Below the pieces are notes generated by a model. That model did not search any database. It worked only from the letters and a program-made list of their open reading frames with translations, and had not been told where the DNA came from. From Acidobacteriota bacterium (GTDB lineage Bacteria; Acidobacteriota; UBA890; WLXD01), in assembly GCA_963666055.2 (NCBI GenBank), contig CAXWPH010000015.1, positions 1,152,001 through 1,216,000 of the forward strand: a stretch of DNA of 64,000 bases, read 5' to 3'. This document shows positions 50,112 to 60,182 of this stretch, in pieces (position 1 is the first letter of the stretch; every line of letters starts with the position of its first letter). A program made the position numbers and the translations under genes.

Positions 50112-50666
50112 ATGAGCGATGCAGCGGAACCAACCGACGAGGAGCTGGCGCGGGCGGCCAAGCGCGGCGACGCGGTTGCCTACGACGCGCTTGCGCGGCG
50201 CTACCTGCGCCCCGCCATGGCCCTCGCCTGGCAATATGCGCGCCGCGTCGAGGATGCCGAGGACGTCGTCCAGGATGCGTTTCATCGAGCTGTGCGCTCG
50301 CTGGCCAGCTACGATGATCGACGCCCGTTCAGTGCCTGGTTTTACGCCATCGTTCGAAACGTGGCGCGAACCGCGATCAGCAAGGATGGCAGGCGCGCGG
50401 CTCTCGCTCCGCTCACCTTGCTCGACACCGAACCGCCGACGCCGACCATCGCCGATCCGGTCGTCGTCGGTGACGTCGAGCGGGCCATCGAGGCACTCGC
50501 ACCAATGCAGCAAGCGTGTGTTCGTCTCTGCGACATCGAAGGCTATACGAGTGTCGAGGCTGCCCGGATGCTCGGCGTCGGCGAGACCACGGTTCGCACC
50601 CATGTGCACCGCGCACGCAAGCAGCTGCGGGCCGTCATCGGCCCTCGGCAAGGTATCCTGCAGTGA
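50112..50666 (+). CDS. ECF-type RNA polymerase sigma-70 factor
   Basis: DAEDVVQDAF and FSAWFYAIVRN (region 2); EAARMLGV..TVRTHVHRAR (region 4). Confidence 0.92.
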   Translation: MSDAAEPTDEELARAAKRGDAVAYDALARRYLRPAMALAWQYARRVEDAEDVVQDAFHRAVRSLASYDDRRPFSAWFYAIVRNVARTAISKDGRRAALAPLTLLDTEPPTPTIADPVVVGDVERAIEALAPMQQACVRLCDIEGYTSVEAARMLGVGETTVRTHVHRARKQLRAVIGPRQGILQ

Positions 50667-51022
50667 TGGCTGAGCTCCCGAGGTCGCAGCTGCCGCAAGA
50701 ACCCGAGTACTGGGAGCAGCTGGCGCGAAGGATTCGCCAGGACGCGGTCGGCCCGCTCGCCGCGCACGCCGCAGCCCACGACGCGTGGTACGGCGTGTTG
50801 GCCCGGCGTGCGCCCTGGCTGGTGGCGGCGTCGGCGGCCGCCATGCTCGTTCTGTGGCTTGTCCTGCCGTTGCCAGACGCCTCCGCATCCTTCCGTCCGA
50901 TCGAGCATTCGCTGGAGCCCAGTGAGGTCGCCGGAACGCTAGTCGGCGGTCCGGCGCCGCCCAGCGTCGACGTGCTGATGGTGCAGTTTCCGCCCGCGCT
51001 CGACGTCGAGGCGCGGCAGTGA
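50666..51022 (+). CDS. Putative anti-sigma membrane protein
   Basis: TGATG coupling to the sigma gene; YW..L..RI segment followed by one TM helix. Confidence 0.6.
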   Translation: MAELPRSQLPQEPEYWEQLARRIRQDAVGPLAAHAAAHDAWYGVLARRAPWLVAASAAAMLVLWLVLPLPDASASFRPIEHSLEPSEVAGTLVGGPAPPSVDVLMVQFPPALDVEARQ

Positions 51023-51393
51023 TCGGGGCGCGGTTTCGTGCCGGCTTGGTGCTGCTGTTCGTGTTTGCGGTCGGTGTTCTTGCCGGGATGTTCTTCGAGC
51101 GGCACCACTTACTCTCCCTGCACGCATCGATGTCACCGGCAGACTTGCATGCGGCGGCCATGGCCGAGATGCGGGAAGCGCTGGACCTCGACGATCGCCA
51201 GGCCGAACAGATCCACGCCATCATGTCGGAGCGCCAGCAGCTCGTGGAGCACCTGTGGGGGCAGCTTCGTCCCGAAGTGCAGAGCGCTATGCGGCAGGTG
51301 CACGCCGAGATCGCCGACCTGTTACGGCCGGATCAGCTCGAGCGCTTCCACAGTTGGCTGACCGAGCGCGGCGAACAGGCTCTCCCACACTGA
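51019..51393 (+). CDS. Periplasmic Spy/CpxP-like (heavy-metal-sensor-like) protein
   Basis: N-terminal TM FAVGVLAG; LDLDDRQ and LRPDQ motifs; His/Met-rich; GTGA overlap. Confidence 0.7.
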   Translation: MIGARFRAGLVLLFVFAVGVLAGMFFERHHLLSLHASMSPADLHAAAMAEMREALDLDDRQAEQIHAIMSERQQLVEHLWGQLRPEVQSAMRQVHAEIADLLRPDQLERFHSWLTERGEQALPH

Positions 51394-51417
51394 TTCCCCA
51401 CCGCAGGACGACGCTCC

Positions 51418-53826
51418 ATGGAAAACTTCAAGGCGGCGATGCGGTCGCTGCGCTCCACCCCCGGACCTACGCTGGTGGTAGTGGCGACGCTGGCGATCGC
51501 CATCGGCGCCAACACCGCGATCTTCAGCGTCGTCGACGGCGTGCTGCTGCGTCCGCTCGGCTATGGCGACGATAGCCGGCTCGTAGTCGTGTGGGCAACC
51601 AGCGGATCTGGAGGATCCGACATCTTCCGCCTATCGCCGGCCGACTACCGCGACCTGCGCGATAGCGCCGAGTCCTTCGACGGTCTGGTCGCCCTATACC
51701 GTTCTATCGGTTCCACTCTTACCGGCTTCGAGCGACCGGTTCGGGTAGGCAGTTTTACCGTGACGCCGCGGCTGTTTCGCGTTCTGCAAGCAAGGCCGGC
51801 TGCGGGTCAGTTCTTCACTGATCAGGACGAAGTCCCGGGCGGCGGCAAGAAGGTGATCATCACGCACGCCTCGTGGACGCGACGCTTCGGAGCGGACCCG
51901 TTGATCGTCGGCTCCACCATCGAGGTCGACAGCGAGCCGCGCACGGTCGTCGCGGTTACCGAACCGGGCTTCCAGTTTCCGCCCGGGAACGACGATGTCG
52001 AGATGTACTTCCCGATGGGCATCGGCGACGCGATCTTGCTCGACCGCGATCACCGCATGTTCGACTCGATTGCCCGCCTTGGCGACGGTGTTGCGGTGGA
52101 TGCTGCGCAGGCCGAGCTCGATGCGATCGCGGATCAATTGGCAGGTGAGTTCCCGGACACCAACGACGGCTGGGGGCTGATGGCCCGGCCGCTGCGCGAC
52201 GAGCTGTTCGGCGATCTCACCACGACCCTGTGGGTGCTTTTCGGTGCCGTGACGCTGGTATTGCTCACCGCGTGCGCCAACATCGCCAATGTTCTGATCG
52301 CCCGCTCGACAGCGGCGGGGCGGGAGTTCGCCGTCCGTGCCGCCCTCGGGGCCCGGAGGAGCGACCTGTGCAAGCGCTCGCTGGCCGAGACACTGATCCT
52401 GGGTCTGCTCGGCGGGACGGCCGGCGTGCTGTTGGCCTTGTGGGGCATGGGGTTGCTACGCGCCGTGTTGCCGGGCGGCATACCCCGCGGCGAGTCGATC
52501 GGCGTCAACACCACCGTCCTGTTGTTTGCTGCGGTCCTGTCGCTTGGTGCGACGGTGCTGTTCGGGTCGCTGCCGGCGCTGCGAAGTATGACGCCCGACT
52601 TGAGCGAGTTACTCAAGCCAACCGGAGCGGCGGTGGGCTCGAGCGGCGGTGGGCGCCGACTGCGCGAGCTCATGGTGGTCGTCGAGATCGCTCTGGCGAT
52701 CGTTTTGCTGGTGGGCGCCGGGCTGATGTTGCGCAGCTTCACACGTCTGAGCGAGGTGGATCCTGGCTTCCGAACGGAGGGCGTGGTCTCGGTGGCGGTC
52801 AAGTTGCCGACCCTACGCTACGGCCGCACGGAATGGCGTCCGTTCTTCGAGCAGTTGGTCGAACGGGTGGAACAGTTGCCCGGCGTCAAGGCTGCGGGTG
52901 CGGCCTCGGATCTACCGATGAGCGACGTCGGGTTGGGTTTCGAGATGGAGTTCACCGTGGTTGGCCTCGACGCACTGTCGCCAACCGCCCGGCCCAATGC
53001 CGACTTCCGGCTCGTGTTACCTGGGTACTTCGATGCGATGGGCATGGAGATCGTTCGTGGCCGTGCCTTCGACAAGCTCGATCCGACCAGCGATCGCTTC
53101 GTTGCGATCATCAACCAGACCGTCGTCGAGCACTACTTTCAGAATGTCGATCCGATCGGACGATCGGTGCGCATGGCGTCGCTGGGCGAGGTCGAGGTGG
53201 TGGGTGTGGTCGCCGACATTCGCCACGCCGGCCTGCAATCCAAGTACGAGTCGGAGCTCTTCCTGCCATACGGTCGTATCGCGACGTACGAGATGCACGT
53301 CGTCGTGCAATCCGACCTCGGCACCGCGGCTGTCGCTAGCGCCGTGGGCGACGTGCTCGCCGACATGGATCCGCAGCTGGCGCCATCCCAAGTGGTGGCG
53401 ATCTCCGACCTGCTCTGGGAGTCCGTCGCCCAACCACGCTTCAACACCGCATTGATAGGCAGCCTGGCGCTCTGCGCAGCTATCCTCGCCGTGATCGGCA
53501 CCTATGGGATCGTTGCCTACGCAGTGTCCCAGCGCACGGCGGAGATCGGGATCCGCATGGCGCTGGGGGCCGATTCCACCGTGACGGTGACGATGATCGT
53601 ACGCCAGGCCCTCGGCATCGTCTTGGCAGGAGCGGGCCTCGGCGTCTTCGGTGCCTTGGGTGCGACGCGGTTCCTCGGCCGGCTCCTGTTCGATGTGCAG
53701 CCCACCGACCCGCTTACGTACGGCGTAGTGTTGGTCGCTGCCGTATTGATCGGCGTCCTGGCGGCCTGGATACCCGCCCGTCGGGCTACACGCATCGATC
53801 CGGTCGCGGCGCTGCGCGACGGGTAG
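51418..53826 (+). CDS. ADOP-family duplicated ABC permease
   Basis: LAIAIGANTAIFS, ACANIAN, EIGIRMALGA and DPVAALR; intact 802 aa. Confidence 0.9.
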   Translation: MENFKAAMRSLRSTPGPTLVVVATLAIAIGANTAIFSVVDGVLLRPLGYGDDSRLVVVWATSGSGGSDIFRLSPADYRDLRDSAESFDGLVALYRSIGSTLTGFERPVRVGSFTVTPRLFRVLQARPAAGQFFTDQDEVPGGGKKVIITHASWTRRFGADPLIVGSTIEVDSEPRTVVAVTEPGFQFPPGNDDVEMYFPMGIGDAILLDRDHRMFDSIARLGDGVAVDAAQAELDAIADQLAGEFPDTNDGWGLMARPLRDELFGDLTTTLWVLFGAVTLVLLTACANIANVLIARSTAAGREFAVRAALGARRSDLCKRSLAETLILGLLGGTAGVLLALWGMGLLRAVLPGGIPRGESIGVNTTVLLFAAVLSLGATVLFGSLPALRSMTPDLSELLKPTGAAVGSSGGGRRLRELMVVVEIALAIVLLVGAGLMLRSFTRLSEVDPGFRTEGVVSVAVKLPTLRYGRTEWRPFFEQLVERVEQLPGVKAAGAASDLPMSDVGLGFEMEFTVVGLDALSPTARPNADFRLVLPGYFDAMGMEIVRGRAFDKLDPTSDRFVAIINQTVVEHYFQNVDPIGRSVRMASLGEVEVVGVVADIRHAGLQSKYESELFLPYGRIATYEMHVVVQSDLGTAAVASAVGDVLADMDPQLAPSQVVAISDLLWESVAQPRFNTALIGSLALCAAILAVIGTYGIVAYAVSQRTAEIGIRMALGADSTVTVTMIVRQALGIVLAGAGLGVFGALGATRFLGRLLFDVQPTDPLTYGVVLVAAVLIGVLAAWIPARRATRIDPVAALRDG

Positions 53827-53947
53827 CTCTCGCCCTGAGTTCAAATCCGCTCTCGGGATGATCCCCGTTGCCGGGTCCCTACCTTGTGGTTTGATAGGGC
53901 TCGCGATTTCCGCGAGATGAGCGTCTGGCACATAGGGAGCGTGTTGC

Positions 53948-55810
53948 ATGGGCATCGGCCGCAGGTTGTTCGTTCTATCGATTGCGATTCTGATCGTCTG
54001 CCTCGCAGCCCCGGGAGGAGCGGCCGGCTGGGGTCAGCGCAGCACCCAGGACTCGGACGTTGCGATTACCAAGGAACGCAGCAACATGATTCCGATGCGC
54101 GATGGCGCCGGGCTCTCGACGGATCTGTACTTTCCTGAAGGTGTTACGGAGGGGCTCTCCACCATTTTGATCCGCACGCCGTATGGCAAGGACGGCGGCA
54201 GCCGAATGGTGTCGCGGTTCGTGGAGGAAGGCTACGCGGTGGCCATCCAAGACATGCGTGGGCGGTTTGAATCGGAGGGTGTCTACAAGCCATCGACCGG
54301 TGATCGCAACGATGGTCACGACACGGTGACCTGGCTGGTGGAGCAGCCATGGTCAAACCAGAAGGTTGCGACCTATGGGTGTTCCTATCTCGGGGATGTA
54401 CAGGTCGTGCTGGCGGCAACGCAACATCCGAACCATGTTGCCGCGATGCCGATGGCCTCCACTACGGGCTACTACGCCCACGGCCGCCCCTGGGTCTCGT
54501 ACGACGGTGGGGTCTTCGAGCTTGCCCAGACAGCCGGCTGGTTCTCTGGAAGTGGGACCAAGGTCTACTACGGACCACCCGCCTGGGCAGATCGGCAGGA
54601 GTGGTTTCGCTCCGACGCAGCACAGCTCTTCCGATCTACACCCGAGCGTCGACAGACTGACCACTCACTCCTCAAGACGCTGCCGATCGTCGACATTCTG
54701 AAGAAGTCCGGGGCGCCGCCCACAGACTACGAGGACTTCGTCTCCAACAATCCGGAGGCCCCCTACTTTCACCAGCTGGATTGGGTTGGAGAGGCCGATC
54801 GGTTCGACGTCCCCGCCATCTTCTTCGACTCCTGGTATGACTACGGCGTCGCAGAGACCATGGAGCTGTTCAACCTCTTTCAGAGCAATGCGGTCAGTGA
54901 TCGGGCGCGCGACAACCAGTTCGTAATCATCGCGCCCACCACTCATTGCGGCTGGGACCGGGCGACCGAGCATACGATCATCGGTGAGCGCGACCTGGGC
55001 GACGCCCGGCGCGACTTCATGGACATATACCTGCGCTGGTACGAGCGCTGGCTCAAGGGCGTCGACAACGGCATCACCGACATGCCCAAGGTGCAGTACT
55101 ACCTGATGGGCAAGAACGAATGGCGCAGCGCCAATGAGTGGCCGCTGCCCAACACCACGTACCGTCGCTACTATCTACACAGCGACGGTCGGGCCAACAG
55201 CCGCTACGGTGATGGCACGGTGTCGTTGTCGATGCCGGGCGAAGAGCCACCCGATCGTTTCGTCTACGATCCAGCCGCCCCGGTTCCGTCGCTCGGGGGG
55301 CAGGCTTGTTGCACCGGAATGAACACCGGTGCCGGCGCGTTCGACCAGTCGGAGATCGAGATGCGCCACGACGTGCTCGTCTACACGTCGCCGGCACTCG
55401 AAAACGGCATCGAGGTAACCGGGCGGCTCGAAGTAGTGCTCTACGTCTCGTCGTCGGCCAAGGATACCGACTTCATGGCCAAGCTGGTGGACGTCTATCC
55501 GGACGGCAGGGCGTTCAACGTGCAAGAAGGCGCCCAGCGAATGCGTTACCGCGAGGGATTCGACCGGAAGGTGTGGATCGAGGAGGACGAGGTCTACGAG
55601 ATTCGCCTCGATCTGCACGCCACCGGCAACTACTTCGGCCCGGGCCATCGGATTCGCCTGGAGGTGTCGAGCTCCAGCTTTCCGCGCTTCGATCGCAACT
55701 TGAATACCGGCGGCAACAACTACGACGAGACGGAGTGGGTGGTGGCGCACCAAGCGCTGCACCATTCCGCACAATACTCGTCGCACCTGGTGTTGCCGGT
55801 AATCGAATGA
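53948..55810 (+). CDS. CocE/NonD family hydrolase (peptidase S15)
   Basis: MRDG..L, RTPYGK, QDMRGRFESEG, nucleophile GCSYLG and GHRIRLEVSSS.FPR. Confidence 0.92.
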   Translation: MGIGRRLFVLSIAILIVCLAAPGGAAGWGQRSTQDSDVAITKERSNMIPMRDGAGLSTDLYFPEGVTEGLSTILIRTPYGKDGGSRMVSRFVEEGYAVAIQDMRGRFESEGVYKPSTGDRNDGHDTVTWLVEQPWSNQKVATYGCSYLGDVQVVLAATQHPNHVAAMPMASTTGYYAHGRPWVSYDGGVFELAQTAGWFSGSGTKVYYGPPAWADRQEWFRSDAAQLFRSTPERRQTDHSLLKTLPIVDILKKSGAPPTDYEDFVSNNPEAPYFHQLDWVGEADRFDVPAIFFDSWYDYGVAETMELFNLFQSNAVSDRARDNQFVIIAPTTHCGWDRATEHTIIGERDLGDARRDFMDIYLRWYERWLKGVDNGITDMPKVQYYLMGKNEWRSANEWPLPNTTYRRYYLHSDGRANSRYGDGTVSLSMPGEEPPDRFVYDPAAPVPSLGGQACCTGMNTGAGAFDQSEIEMRHDVLVYTSPALENGIEVTGRLEVVLYVSSSAKDTDFMAKLVDVYPDGRAFNVQEGAQRMRYREGFDRKVWIEEDEVYEIRLDLHATGNYFGPGHRIRLEVSSSSFPRFDRNLNTGGNNYDETEWVVAHQALHHSAQYSSHLVLPVIE

Positions 55811-57411
55811 TCGATGCTCCCCTCAGCGAGAGCTATGTCGCTGCCGACGAGAGCTCACCGGTGCTCGAGACCACCGTCGGCTCGATCCTGCGCGATGCGG
55901 CAGGGCGCGCGCCCGACAACGTGGCGCTGGTCGAGGGCGCTCCCGGCGGCGGCCGGCGCTGGACCTATGGCGAGCTGCTGCTCGACGCCGAGACCGTCGC
56001 TGGCGCGCTGACGGCGCGCTTCGAGAGGGGTGAGCGGGTGGCGGTGTGGGCACCCAACATCCCCGAGTGGGTGTTGCTCGAGTATGGGGCGGCGCTTGCC
56101 GGGGTCGTGCTGGTGACGGTCAATCCGTCCTTCCAGCCCAAGGAGCTCGAGTACGTGCTTGGCCAATCGCGGTCCTCGGGCATCTTTTACACTCCCGCCT
56201 TCCGCGGCAATCCGATGCACGAGCACTTGCAGCAGGTGGTCGGTGATCTCCCCGAGCTGCGCGAGATTATCTCGCTCGACGAGTTCGACGCTTTCTTGGC
56301 ATCGGCCGACGACGACGTCGAGCTGCCCGAGGTGCAGCCCGGTGACCCGGCGCAGATCCAGTACACCTCGGGCACCACCGGCTTCCCCAAGGGCGCCTAC
56401 CTGCACCATCGCGGCATCACCAACAACGCGCGCTTCTTCGCTGAGCGCCTGCGCATCGACCCGGGCTCCGTCTACATCAACCCGTTCCCGCTTTTTCACA
56501 CCGCCGGCTGCGTGCTCGCGGTGCTCGGTTCCTGCCAGGCGCACGCCAAGCTGGTCAACATGATGCAATTCGAGCCCGGCCTGATGCTGGAACTTGCCGA
56601 GACCGAGCGTGCCACCCACCTACTGGGCGTGCCGACGGTGTTGATCGCCTTGATGGAGCACCCGAGCTTTTCCGAGGTCGACCTGTCGACCGTGCGCACC
56701 GTGTGTTCGGGCGGTGCGACGGTGCCGGCCGATCTGGTGCGGCGCATCGAGAGCACGCTGGGCGTCGACCTCTCGATCATCTACGGCCAGACTGAAACCT
56801 CACCCGGTGTGACCCTGATGCGCCTCGACGACAGCAACGAAGACAAGGCCAGCACCCTCGGCCCGGTATTGCCGCAAACCGAGATCAAGGTCATCGACCC
56901 GGAGACCGGCAAGACCCAGCCAATCGGCGTTCAGGGCGAGCTCTGCGTACGCGGATATCTGGTGATGCTGGGCTACTTCGAGATGCCGGAGATGACCGCT
57001 GAAACGATCGACGACGAAGGGTGGCTGCGCACCGGCGACCTGGTGTCGATGGACGAGCGCGGATACACCACGATCACCGGACGGCTCAAGGACATGATCA
57101 TCCGTGGCGGCGAGAACATCTATCCCCGCGAGATCGAAGAGCTGTTGTTCGAGCACCCCAAGGTCGCAGACGCGGTGGTGGTCGGTCTGCCCGATGCCAA
57201 GTGGGGCGAGGTCGTCGGCGCCTTCGTGCGCGATGCCGATCCGAGCGACCCGGCGACCGACGCCGAGCTCCACAGTTATTGCCGCGACCATCTGTCGCCG
57301 CAGAAGACGCCTTCGGTGTGGGTGCGGGTCGAGGAGTTTCCGTTGACCCCGTCGGGCAAGATCAAGAAGTTCGTGCTGCGCGAGCAGTGGGAGCGGGGCA
57401 GCGCCGACTGA
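55807..57411 (+). CDS. AMP-binding acyl-CoA synthetase
   Basis: QYTSGTTGFPKG, YGQTE, WLRTGD, GRLKDMIIRGGENI and SGKIKK; ATGA overlap. Confidence 0.92.
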   Translation: MIDAPLSESYVAADESSPVLETTVGSILRDAAGRAPDNVALVEGAPGGGRRWTYGELLLDAETVAGALTARFERGERVAVWAPNIPEWVLLEYGAALAGVVLVTVNPSFQPKELEYVLGQSRSSGIFYTPAFRGNPMHEHLQQVVGDLPELREIISLDEFDAFLASADDDVELPEVQPGDPAQIQYTSGTTGFPKGAYLHHRGITNNARFFAERLRIDPGSVYINPFPLFHTAGCVLAVLGSCQAHAKLVNMMQFEPGLMLELAETERATHLLGVPTVLIALMEHPSFSEVDLSTVRTVCSGGATVPADLVRRIESTLGVDLSIIYGQTETSPGVTLMRLDDSNEDKASTLGPVLPQTEIKVIDPETGKTQPIGVQGELCVRGYLVMLGYFEMPEMTAETIDDEGWLRTGDLVSMDERGYTTITGRLKDMIIRGGENIYPREIEELLFEHPKVADAVVVGLPDAKWGEVVGAFVRDADPSDPATDAELHSYCRDHLSPQKTPSVWVRVEEFPLTPSGKIKKFVLREQWERGSAD

Positions 57412-57419
57412 GCGGGGAG

Positions 57420-57436
57420 CCCCCCCCCCCCCCCCC
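57420..57436. repeat. C17 homopolymer (G17 on minus strand) followed by CCG/CCT-rich sequence
   Basis: Read directly from the sequence; intergenic. Confidence 0.9.
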
Positions 57437-57618
57437 GCCCCCGCCGGACTTCCGCCTTCCGCCTTCCTCCGCCCGCCGCGCCGTGCTCCGGCGTCGCCCG
57501 GGTGACATGATCGGTCTCACTCATGCGGAGCTTCGTTCTACCCACCTTGGGAGTCGATCGGATGATGTATTGCGTATGGAATCGGACATCTCGTCGGCGG
57601 CGCAATTCAGCACCGGGC

Positions 57619-59034
57619 GTGTGCCGCGCGTACCGGCGCGGTCGAGCTCGCCGGCGCGGCTTAGTGGTAGCCGGGGTCGCGGCGGTCGTCTGGCTCGGTC
57701 CGCAGACGGCGCACGCCGAGCAGCAGCCAACCACCCTCGCACAGCAGCAAAGTGATGCCGAGCGTATCGCCGCGCTCGAGGCGCGTGTGGCCGCCTTGGA
57801 GCGGTCGCTGCGGCAGACGAACGAGCGGTTCGGAACCCGGCTCGAGGAGCTGGAGCAGCGCCTGATGGCACCGCAAGAGGTGCAGCTTGATGCGGCCGGC
57901 CAGGCGGCCGCGCCGACACTGGAGAACGCCGAGCGCGACGTCTTCCAGGACGAGCTGGCGCGCGCCCTGGCCGCCTTGGAAGACCAGCCGGAGCAGGCAG
58001 CCACGCCTGCGTCGGCACCTGCGGCCGACGATCGGCAGTTCACCGATCGGGCGCGCAACATGCGCGAGCTCAACCCCGAGATCTCCGTCTCGGGCGATGT
58101 GTTCGGCACCTGGGCGGATCGGTCGGGCGACCCGACGGTGAACCGCTTTACACTCGGTGAGTTCGAGGTGGCGTTTCAGGCGCCGCTCGATCCATTCTCG
58201 CAAGCGCGCGCCTTCCTCGTCGAGGAGGACGGCAAGGTCGGTGCCGAGGAGCTCTATATCGACTGGACCACACTCCCCGGTGGGCTGGGAGTCAAGTTCG
58301 GCAGGTTCCGCAATGACTTCGGCAAGTTGAACCGTTGGCACAACCACGCCCTGCCGCAGGTCGACCGGCCGCTGGCGCATCGGGCGTTCCTGGGCGAGGG
58401 AGGGCTGGCGGGCCTCGGGGTCTCGCTGTCGTGGTTGCCGCCAACCTTCCTGGGCGATTACAACGAGCTGTGGGTTCAGGTCACCAACGACGACAACGAC
58501 GTTGCGTTCTCCGGACGGGGGTTCGACACCCCGGTGATCACGCTGCACGAAACCAACTACTGGGACCTGTCGCCATCGACCTACTTCGAGCTCGGCCTGT
58601 CGGCGGCGACCGGCGTCAACGATGCCGACGGCCGGTTCCGCAGCTGGCTGCTGGGCGCCGACGTCAACCTCGGCTGGTCGCCACCCGCTGAAGCCCGGTA
58701 CAAGGGGCTCGAGTTGCGCGGCGAAGTTCTATACGAGCGCCGGGAGATGCCCGATGGAACCCGCGGCAGCTGGGGCGGGTACCTGTATGCCACTCGGAAG
58801 CTCGGACCGCGTTGGAGCATTGGCCTACGGGGTGACTTCACCGAGCTGCCCGACCAGCCTGGCGAGAGCGTCTGGGGCCTCAGCCCGTATGCCGAGTGGT
58901 GGCAGAGCGAGTGGGCGAAGCTCCGTTTCCAGTATTCTTATGGTTCGCGTCGTCTCGAGGAGGATGAGCGCGACAACCGCTTCTCGATCCAGGTGATCTG
59001 GGCTCTCGGGCCACACAAGCACGAGAAATACTGA
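57619..59034 (+). CDS. Outer-membrane protein associated with metal uptake (coiled-coil N-terminus plus beta-barrel)
   Basis: Signal peptide ending AHA; coiled coil; NPEISV.GD, FGKLNRWHNH and C-terminal GPHKHEKY. Start uncertain (ORF open from 57523). Confidence 0.75.
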   Translation: MCRAYRRGRARRRGLVVAGVAAVVWLGPQTAHAEQQPTTLAQQQSDAERIAALEARVAALERSLRQTNERFGTRLEELEQRLMAPQEVQLDAAGQAAAPTLENAERDVFQDELARALAALEDQPEQAATPASAPAADDRQFTDRARNMRELNPEISVSGDVFGTWADRSGDPTVNRFTLGEFEVAFQAPLDPFSQARAFLVEEDGKVGAEELYIDWTTLPGGLGVKFGRFRNDFGKLNRWHNHALPQVDRPLAHRAFLGEGGLAGLGVSLSWLPPTFLGDYNELWVQVTNDDNDVAFSGRGFDTPVITLHETNYWDLSPSTYFELGLSAATGVNDADGRFRSWLLGADVNLGWSPPAEARYKGLELRGEVLYERREMPDGTRGSWGGYLYATRKLGPRWSIGLRGDFTELPDQPGESVWGLSPYAEWWQSEWAKLRFQYSYGSRRLEEDERDNRFSIQVIWALGPHKHEKY

Positions 59035-60128
59035 TGTACCGACAACATCGAATCGCCGCTGCGGCACTTGTCGCGACGGCCCTTATCGTTGCAAGCGGGC
59101 TCGGCATTGCCGACGCAGCGCAGCTCAGCATCGCCGATGCAGCCCAGCAAGGGCTCCAGGTCGTCGCTACGCTACCGGCGTACGAGGCCATCGCCCGCCA
59201 CCTGCTGGCAGACGACGCCGAGATCGGGTCGATCGCCAGCGCCCATCAGGACGCCCACTTCGTGCAGCCGAAGCCGAGCTATTCGATCCGAATCGGCCGC
59301 GCCGACCTGCTGATCGCCACCGGGCTCGACCTGGAGCTCTGGCTGGCTCCGGTGGTCGACAAATCGCGCAATCGGCGGGTGCGGTCGGGTGAGCCAGGCT
59401 TCGTGGCGGTGGCCACCGGTGTGCCGATGCTCGACGTGCCCGACAACCCGAGCCGGGCAGGCGGCGATATCCATATCTACGGAAACCCGCATGTTCACGC
59501 CGATCCGCTGCGCTCTGTGATGCTTGCCGACAACATCCGCGTTGGCTTGCAACGCGTCGATTCGGGCAACGCCGGCCTGTACCAGCAACGCTTCGACGCC
59601 TACAAGGAGCTCGTCTATCGTCGACTCTTCGGTGCCGAGCTCGTCGGCCTGGTTGGCGGCGACAAGCTCGCACGGCTCGAGATGGCCCACCGGCTGTTGC
59701 CGTTCCTCGAGTCGACCTCCCTCGGCGGCGCTCCGCTTGTGGACCGCCTGGGTGGCTGGATGGCCGAAGCCTCGTGCCTGCGAGGCAAACGGCTGGTTGC
59801 GTACCATCCGAACTGGGTCTACTTGATGGACCGGTTCGGAATCGACATCGCCGCGTACGTCGAGCGCCGCCCCGGGATCCCACCGTCGGCGGCGCACGTC
59901 GCCGAGCTCGTGGACCTGATCCGACGCGAGAAGATCCGGGTCCTGTGGGTCGCGGACTATTTCGGTCGCCGAGTGCCCGAGCTGATCGGAGAGCGCACCG
60001 GCGCCATACCGCTGACTGTGCCGCTGTATCCAGACCCCGGCGCTACCGACGGGCCTCGCGACATTCTCGATCTGTACGATGAGTGGATCGGCGCGCTGCG
60101 TGGCGCGTTCCCGGACTGCGCCGGGTAA
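59034..60128 (+). CDS. Metal ABC transporter substrate-binding protein (ZnuA/TroA family)
   Basis: QDAHFV, GLDLE.W, GDIHIYGNPH, YH..W.Y and PGIPPS..H. Confidence 0.9.
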   Translation: MYRQHRIAAAALVATALIVASGLGIADAAQLSIADAAQQGLQVVATLPAYEAIARHLLADDAEIGSIASAHQDAHFVQPKPSYSIRIGRADLLIATGLDLELWLAPVVDKSRNRRVRSGEPGFVAVATGVPMLDVPDNPSRAGGDIHIYGNPHVHADPLRSVMLADNIRVGLQRVDSGNAGLYQQRFDAYKELVYRRLFGAELVGLVGGDKLARLEMAHRLLPFLESTSLGGAPLVDRLGGWMAEASCLRGKRLVAYHPNWVYLMDRFGIDIAAYVERRPGIPPSAAHVAELVDLIRREKIRVLWVADYFGRRVPELIGERTGAIPLTVPLYPDPGATDGPRDILDLYDEWIGALRGAFPDCAG

Positions 60129-60182
60129 GGCATCGGGCCCGCCGGGCCGCGGACAGAACAGAGCATCGATACTCGGAGGTAG

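Noticed and set aside
57560-57582. Zur/Fur box upstream of the metal-uptake operon
   Set aside because: Only a weak AT-richer stretch with no convincing palindrome.
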